Assembly (NCBI RefSeq): GCF_009914755.1
Contig: NC_060947.1
DNA: 64,000 bases
Source: the human T2T-CHM13v2.0 reference genome, Homo sapiens
Strand: one strand, 5' to 3'
Part shown: one piece after another, positions 56,277 to 64,000 of the stretch
Position numbering within the stretch: position 1 is the stretch's first letter
How the letters are laid out: each line of letters begins with the position of its first letter
Translations under genes and position numbers: made by a program
Notes under the pieces: model-generated
Databases searched by the model: none
Told to the model about the DNA's origin: nothing
The model's input: only the letters and a program-made list of their open reading frames with translations

Positions 56277-59200
56277 GAAAGATGTGTGACTATTGACTTT
56301 GGGTATCGCGGGACTAGTTAATTAGATGTTTTTCATTTTTCAAAAAGAAAAGGTTTTAAAAATTTTCTTGAAATGTGACTGTCACTTGTTTTCAACCAAA
56401 AACTTTTTAAGATTTTTTAAAAGAAAAATCGAAATCCTGTCCCTCCCCCGCTTCCCATCGCCTCCGGTTTTCAAAATGAAAGCACAAGTGCAAGAGTGGG
56501 GTGCACAGGTGCCTGGCGTGTACACACCACCCACACAGCTGCGTCCAGCCCTGGCTGAGGGAGACGCAGTGCTGAGCAGTCAGCCCCGGGAGGCCTCTTT
56601 TTCAACTTCCAATCCCACTGCCATGAATGTGAATTCCTTAGGGTGCTTCCAAAAACAGGAGTCTGCCTGATCTGTTGGACATTGCCTTTTTGGTAGCCCG
56701 AATATGAGGAATTCAGGACAGGAAAGTGTCTTTTTGTCAAGTAGTCAGAGCCGGATGCTTCCCCTCTCCCAGTGGGTGGAGCATCGCAACCCCCAGCCAG
56801 AGTTGATCTTTTGACAACCCAGTGACATCCCATGAGAAGGAAGAAAAAAAATTCAACACTGCCTCTAGATTGTTATTTTGTCCAAGAGAGAGATCATGGA
56901 GAGAGTCTCTCTCGCTCACGGAGGCTCTGTCTTTCTAGGAGTATGTGTGTGTGCTGTCTCATGTGTGGACACTCACAGTTGAGGCTGAGATGGATATCTT
57001 GGCAGCAGAGCTGCTGGTCTAGGTGGCTTTTCAGCTTGACAAGTAATGAAGCTCCATTTCAGGACTTCATCGATTCCGAAACAAGCACAGCCCCCCACCC
57101 CCCGCCACGGAACTCTACTAATACTAATCACTATAATTAGCTAATTTAAAAGTACGGTAATCAGACTGCTTGCAACTATTTTAAAAGCCCATTAATTTGA
57201 AGCCCACTACTTCAGAACTTCGAGAAAATCACAACTTAAGACAATTCACAGTAGCTGTGATTCTGGCTACATAAAAATATTTGAAATATTCTTCCCTTTA
57301 GTCAATGTTCAGGGTCTTTTGTGTAAGAGAAATCCAGTTTAAAATGAGTACCCTTTTCAAAGAAAAGGCTCAAGATATTAAGGATCCCTTCACCGTGCCT
57401 TCAGCTTTGCAGTTCAGCACTTCTCGTATGTACAGGGTGATCTCTTGTTCTCTCTCCATCACAGGGATGTTGGATATTGCAGCCTTTCACTCTACTCCGT
57501 TATTTATCCTGTGAATAACATAGTTTGTGAACTAGACTGCAATTTAAACTAATACACATGATGTATCTTTCTAAATATTCTGTAAAGCAGATGCTTCGCT
57601 GTCAGACTGGCCGCTCCATCATTCGCCTCCAAATATTCAAACGTGGGAGCTTTTCCTTTCAGACTGTGGGCAGCGAGTCTCTCTCTAGCAAGAATTTATC
57701 TGACAAACATACCCAAATAGCACACCCTCTCAAGCTCAATGCCTCAACAGTTGTTTCACTGTACTGATATCTGACTGCTGAACAGTGCCTGCCCTTCACC
57801 CACCCCCAGCCCGAGCATTAACACAGATCTTCAGGATTGGGACAAATCCCCCAGCTGCTTTTGCCTCTCAATCCATCTCCCCTCATCGATACCAATTTCC
57901 CAGGCCTGAACACATCTGTTATTTTGCTCTGACATTGTGAATTTGTGACAGTGGAAACCCTGATATGTGCAACTGAGCTTATAGAAATAATTACTGTGAA
58001 ATGGATTAATTTTGATACCACTTTAAACTGTGCTTGTATTCATGTGTTGACCCTTGTCAGCTGGGAAATCTGTACATTCAGTATATGTCAGCATTTCATT
58101 GGAGCCTGGGGGCAACAGACAAACTTGCTTCTGATTTCTCTCTCTCTCTCTTTCTTTTTATAATTGTTGAATTTGGCTGTTACATTTTGTCTCCTTCTTT
58201 ACAAGAAAACAATAATAATAAAGAGCAAATGGCATCCACTTGAATCCTGTCGTCATCCATCTTGGATCCCTGCTGACTCCCAAACTTCCAAGGGGTATGG
58301 GTGGTTGTGAGTCAGACTGTAGATAAGGAAGAAGCCCAAAACAGTCCAGGAGCAGGAAGCAGACATGTCCTGGGTCCTAAAGTTTGTCCCCAGTGTGTAA
58401 GATGATCTCCTGAGCCATCCTTCTGGGATGAGGTTGGTGAGATCTGTCAGAAATCACAGTTAGAAACTTGGTTTCAGAGTTGGGAGAGGAGCGGAAGGTA
58501 TACAATACTCAGGCTTTGCCCTGGCTGGGCTTCCTAGGTTCTAAAGATGGCAAGGATCAGGGACTGTTCAGAGGGCAATAATGCCCAGCCTCTGCACAGA
58601 GGAAACATGGTCTTAGCTCCCAGAGATTCCCAGCTGTGGGTATGCAGAGAGATATAGCCACGGGAAGTCGCAAGTGCTAGTTGTGCCAACCCCAAGTAAT
58701 GAAAGTCATCCGTCCTTTAATCGGGAAGACCCTGGAAGTGATGGGACAATGGCAATGAAATTTGGGACCTCCTTAGAGGACTGAATGTGGAGCCCAAATG
58801 CCAAGAATGGCAGCCAGAGGCCTTGGGGAGCTGGGGCTTGAGTGATGCTAACCTTCTGGGGATGCTGGAAACTCGAAGGCCCTTCAGGCACACAGATGGG
58901 GTCATATTCTGAACATAGGTTTTGAACTTTAGGCTCTTTTGCCAGAGACAAATGTTCTAGGCAGTGACTTAGGGTCCCAGGCCAGCCCATGCAAGGAAGC
59001 TAATACATGAAGGATGCCCTGAGCTTCCAAAGTCCCCTGTATGCACCATCCAATGGACTGGGCCTCCCCTGCTAATCTAGTCACAGGTTCTGGGGCCAAG
59101 GCACTTGAATTGCTTATAGACGATGAGGGCAAGTCAGGGCCAGGGACTTAATGGGGTGACTGTGGAGGGAGATGGTTCTATCCCTAGAGACAGGGGATCA

Positions 59201-59861
59201 GGTGAAAGGCAGACCCTGTGCCTCAAGGGTGTGGCTTGGGAAGGTGGGGTCCCTCTCCTTGCCCTCTCCCCAGCCTCCCATCCTGCACCAGTGCCACCCC
59301 CTCATAGTAGCTGACCTGAGGCTACAAGGAGTGACAGGATGGAAGGGCAGTGGGGAAAATGCCTGAATTGTGATTATAAATGATCATAGCCAGCATTTAT
59401 TGAGCTCTTAGTGTATGCCAGGCCTTGTACATGCATTGACTGACACAATCCTCTCGAGAAACCTGCGATATGGGGTTTATAACTAACCCTAGTTTATAGC
59501 AGAGGGAAGCAAAGCCAGCAAAGGCATGTCATTTGACGAAGATCTCACAGAGAGGAAGTCCTGGATCCATCATGTGAATCCGGGTCTGTCCTGATGGCCC
59601 CACCCCAGGCCATGCACCTAGCACTGCTGGTCCCTTTTGGGGAAGGGTGACTTTGCGTTGGTTTTGTGTTGACTATAGATCCCTCCAGAATGCCCTCTTC
59701 CTCTCCCTGCCCTACTGGTAACCCCATTTGGGCAGGGACCATATATAACTTTTCTCACCACTTCTGCCCTAGAACACAGCACAGAGCCTGGATCACAGTA
59801 AGTGTTCAATTTTTAAAAACGTGTGGACTGATTGTGTTCTACAATCGGAGACCAAGCTCCA

Positions 59862-60240
59862 TGTATTAGTTTGCTTGGGCTGCCAAAACAAAATACTACA
59901 GGCTGGGGGGTTAAACCACAGAAGATTTTCTCAAGGTTCTAGAGGCTGGAAGTCTGAGGTCAAGGTGCTGGCAGGGTTGATTTCTTTTGAGGCTTGTATC
60001 CTTGGCTTGCTGATGGCCATCTTCTCCCTGTGGCTTCACAGTATTGTCCCTCTGTTCTTTTCGGTGCTCCTAATCTCCTCTTCCTATAAGGATGCCAGTC
60101 AGATTGGATTAGGTCCTACCCCACTGACCTCATTTCCACTTAATTACTCCTTGATTACTCCTGCAGCCACATGTTGAGGTCCTGGGGGTTTACAATTTCA
60201 ACATATGAATTTTAGGGGGACAAATTTTGGCTCATAATGC
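59862..60240 (-). mobile_element. MLT1-type MaLR solo LTR
   Basis: 'tgtattagtttgcttgggctgcc...ggttctagaggctggaagtctgaggtcaagg...tttcaacatatgaatttt'. Confidence 0.85.
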
Positions 60241-60929
60241 TCCACTCATGAGAGGAAGACTCTGTTGCTCCTTCCTCCAACCTAAGCACATGATGCACAT
60301 TCTGGAAAATCTTGAAGGGTGAACATCATAGCTTCTCTGAGATGCTGGCAAAGACAGAGGGGCACCTTGTCAGTCTCCAACCAGTCCCCAAAGCAGTTTC
60401 TTCCCTGCCAAGCTGGACAGACTTGGGACAGCTGCCAAAAGTCTCCACAGGGCAGGTGAGTTGGGAAAGGAGAAGTGGGCTTCAGAATGCTTCTTCCAGG
60501 GTTCTTCTGTGGGAAGTGATGTGAGAACCCAAAGCCTGAAGAATAGACACAACGTTGGTGCCCCACAGGTTGTTTTTACAGACAAAATACATTGTTTTGG
60601 GGAATCACAACACCGCCAGCTCCAATGACATTAACTTTCAGCATTTTCTCTGAAGAGCTCAAACTGTGTGATGGGTTCGGTTTCACTAGGATTTCCGAGC
60701 TATAAAAATAGAGACTGGGTAACATTTCATATCAGGCTGGTTGCATGGGGTCACAGGAGCCCAGTGGGTGGGCAATTGGTGGTGGCACTGCTGGGTCCTT
60801 GGGCTGATAGGACATCTAGGGGTGGGTGCTGGCAGAGCATGGTGCTCCACAAGCTGGGGCATGCAGGTCCTGGCTGTCTGGAGCTCTGGGCATAGCTGGG
60901 TGGGGGAAACATCAGAACAGCTGTAGCAA

Positions 60930-62300
60930 TAGTGCATGATGAACTTTATGCTAGGGGAAGTCCAGGGGGGTGGGGCTGGGGGCTTCCAGAGAAAGTCTTC
61001 CTGAGGAAGCCACGGCCAACCAAAGTGAAGGATGGGTAGCAATCAGCCAAGCAAAGACCATGGAAGACAATTCAGACAGGCAGAGGGGCAGCACGTGAAG
61101 AGGCCTGGAGTTCAGCAAGTCCATCTTGGTTTTAAGGAAACAGAAGACAGGGTAGCATGAGGGGAAAGACCTGTGCAAGATGAGATTTGCAAGATACATG
61201 GAGGTCGGCCTATGTGAGGCCCTTTAGGCAGTATTCAGAGCTGTAGTCTTTACCCTAGTGATAAGCGAAGGCCACCAAGGGGTGCCTTAAGGAGCAAGCG
61301 GGCATGGCCAGGCATGCTCTGCCAGCCATGTGGAAAACAGGCTGCAGGAGCCGAAGAATAAGAGAAGTCAGGGAGGTCAGGTTATTGCCATTGCCCAGGC
61401 AAGAGACAGCGCTGGGATGGATGAGGCTGATGACGGAAGAGACAGAGAGAGATAGACTGTTGAGAAGGTTTTTACTCAAACTTTGATGGGCACAAGACTA
61501 TCTGATTGCTTAGAATGTAGATCTCCAGACCCCACCCTCAGAGTCTGATACCTTGAGTCCAGGGTTGGGCCAGCCATGTGCATTGTGACCAAATCACTCA
61601 GTTGATTCTTCTGCAGGGGATCTTTGGGTCACATTGGAAGAAACACTGAATTCTCTATTCAGGAGGCAGAACCATGCATGGTGACTGATTGCGTTGGGAA
61701 GGGGTAGTGAATAATCCCAGAGGACTTTCAGGTTTAGGGGCTCAGACAGTAGAGTAGATGGTAGGGCCATTCCCTGGAAAGGGTCACAGTTGAGGAAGAG
61801 CAGGTTTAGGGGAGCAAAAGACCACAGGTTTGAGTTGACGTGTTGCATGTGTGGTGTATAGCGCATTTGAGTGTAGTTGAGGAGGGAGGCCTAGGCTGCA
61901 GCAGGAGAGATCAGAATTGCTTGAGGTCCCAGAAAGACAACAAGTGGTCTTGAGTGTGGACCTAATGGCCCAGGAGGGAGGCCAGACAGGTGGGAAGAAA
62001 AGCACTGGCATATGGAGCCCTGAAAACCGAAGGACTAGAGTGTTTCTAGAAGGAGACAGCGGACAATGATGTGAAATGCTTTCAAGAAGCCAAGGAAGAT
62101 GACAGCCAAAGTGAACTCATTGTATGGAGCCATCAGGGGGTCATCGGTGACCTCGGCAAGGGGTGGTTTCAGTTCCATGGTGACTGAAGAAGCCAGACTA
62201 GAATGAGCAGTGGGATGCCTGGAAGGTAACAAGTGGAGACAGTGCATATGATGGAGGCAACACTTTCCAGGAGTTGAGAAAGTTTAGCGGCAAAAGACAA
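60930..62300 (-). mobile_element. L2 fragments with an inserted MER5-like element (about 61500-61650)
   Basis: Purine-rich antisense L2 motifs; MER5-like 'agaatgtagatctccagaccccaccc...cacattggaagaaacactg'. Confidence 0.55.
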
Positions 62301-64000
62301 GATGCTAAGGGGGGATTGTTTTGTTTTTTAACATTCAGGTCATTCCAATCCAACCACTATTTAGTGATCTTCTAATATGCCAGGAAGCACGCTAAGTGCT
62401 GAGGAGCCAGCAAACAAAGCAGACAAGGTCTCTGTTGGTCTCTATCTTCTAAGAGTGAAGGGCAGGTCAGAGTAGAATAGGGGCTGGAGGATGTTTTCTG
62501 AAATTCTCTGGAGCCACCTCCTCCTTGGGACTTCCTCTTGGTCTAGCGAGCACCCTGGAGTGTTAGTGTGATGGCCTTGGTTTATCACTGAATCAGTGAA
62601 CTGGATCATATCTCAGCCCTCTCTTCCCGCCTCTGTCCAGCTTTTCCATCTGTAAAATGGGGGCATACTGGGAATAGTAACCACTTCATAGATGGGAACA
62701 CCTGTCATTAGCTTCCTGTCTGAAAAAAAAACCCATGCAGCTTCTCAGGGCTGTGCTTCCCACCTTGGGCCTTCTTCCTCCTCTCCAACATCTTTCTCCA
62801 GCTTGGAGGGGCAGCTGCTGCTTGTGTTTTGAGCAGGTCATTTTCTGAGGTTTTGTACCACATTTTCTACCTCTTCCTTCGGCCTCTGATTCTCCTGATT
62901 TTTACATACACATCACAATTCAGTCATTGGGCACAGAAACAATTAAAAGCAGATGCATTTTGATCTGAGGAGTCACCACACAGCCGAGGCCAAGGATTTT
63001 GTGAGGTCACCTTGCTCAAACCCCCTTCCTGAGGATCAGGAAAGAGACTCTTTCCCACCAGCTCCCAGGGATCTCTGGACATAAGAGCAAAGTGCCCTAG
63101 CCTCTCAGCTGGGGGCAGGGTGACACTGGGCCACAGTGTGACAGATAGGCAGGAAACAAACCCCTCTGGGTCTCTGAACCTTCTGCCAGCTTTTGGGGGA
63201 AGGATTTCTTGGGCCAGTGAAGAGAAAAGGAGAAGGCAGAAGAAGGAGCAGGCAGTGACAGCAACTGGCTGCGCTGGGAGGCGAATTTCCCCTCTTTCTG
63301 GGTGCTGTTCTTTGTCACATGCAGGGTGGTCCCGAGTTGTTTCTAAGGCAGTCAACCAACAACAATTACGCTGAGCTCTTTGCAGCTCCACCTGAGCTGC
63401 TGAGAGAGCCTTCCTTTCTCAGGGGGAATCTCAAGGTGCTGTTCTGAAGGAACTCAGAGGCACAGCAGGATGGTCTCTGGACCCCTAAGCCTAGAGGACT
63501 GGGTTGTTTGGGAACCACTTAGCATCTCAGCAACCGCAGTCCTACCTGCTGGTTTGAAAGCCAAGGCTGACTCTGTGTCTGCATCTTTAACTTCCTTCTG
63601 CTGAAGCTGCTCCTCCCCCACCCCCCAGACTGTGCCAGAGTTTCCACCCATGCAGGGAAGACGTTTCTACTGATCTCAGCCCCCTTGGGAGGTAGCGAGC
63701 TGCCCCAGGAGGTGTGCAGTCAGAGGCTACAGAGGCCAGGGACATTGCTTGGGACAGATCTCCCTTGCGCCCCTCCTTCTTAGGTTTGCCAAGCTATAGT
63801 GAGCACCCACCACACTCCAAGACAGGCAGAGTGCAGCAGGGTTAAGGGCATGGCCGCCACACAAACAACTGCCTGCTACTGTCCCCACAGAGAGATGGAC
63901 TTCTTTCCTGTCCATTTGATTCTCTGTTCACTACAGCATGAACTTCGTGAGGACAGGGACCTCATCTCCATCCCCAGTGTCTAGCACACAGGCAATCTTG

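Larger units (their letters stand above)
53356..58245 (+). other. PRRG3: PRRG3 long 3' UTR, proximal AATAAA 53890-53895 and distal AATAAA 58217-58222
   Basis: About 4.9 kb with no recognisable transposon, ending at AATAAA. The 3' end is inferred. Confidence 0.7.

Noticed and set aside
58300-64000. A possible further gene downstream of PRRG3
   Set aside because: Only short chance ORFs and MIR/L2/MLT/MER relics; no supported exon chain.

Overview
This is primate genomic DNA, not prokaryotic; the proteins match my recollection of the human Xq28 genes PASD1 and PRRG3. The window holds the last eight coding exons and 3' UTR of PASD1 (+ strand, about 948-29050), then a repeat-rich spacer (MaLR LTRs, L2, old L1s, MER elements). 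It ends with the complete PRRG3/TMG3 gene (+ strand): CpG-island promoter at about 46.7-48 kb, a 231-codon CDS in three exons, and a roughly 4.9 kb 3' UTR. Exon boundaries were read from splice signals and chain together in frame. I found no new multi-gene system. The most interesting observations are: (1) two antisense L1PA copies 11.5 kb apart that share a 509-bp near-identical tract and odd substitutions elsewhere, and bracket an in-frame 118-codon PASD1 cassette; (2) a second 'ATGGCAG|GTGAG' start/donor module in the PRRG3 CpG island, giving either the same protein or an M-A-E-K-stop uORF depending on splicing; (3) a GC-AG intron in PRRG3; (4) a U55-(GU)20 tract followed by a roughly 100-nt hairpin in the PRRG3 3' UTR. 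Repeat subfamily names and edges were judged by eye and are approximate.
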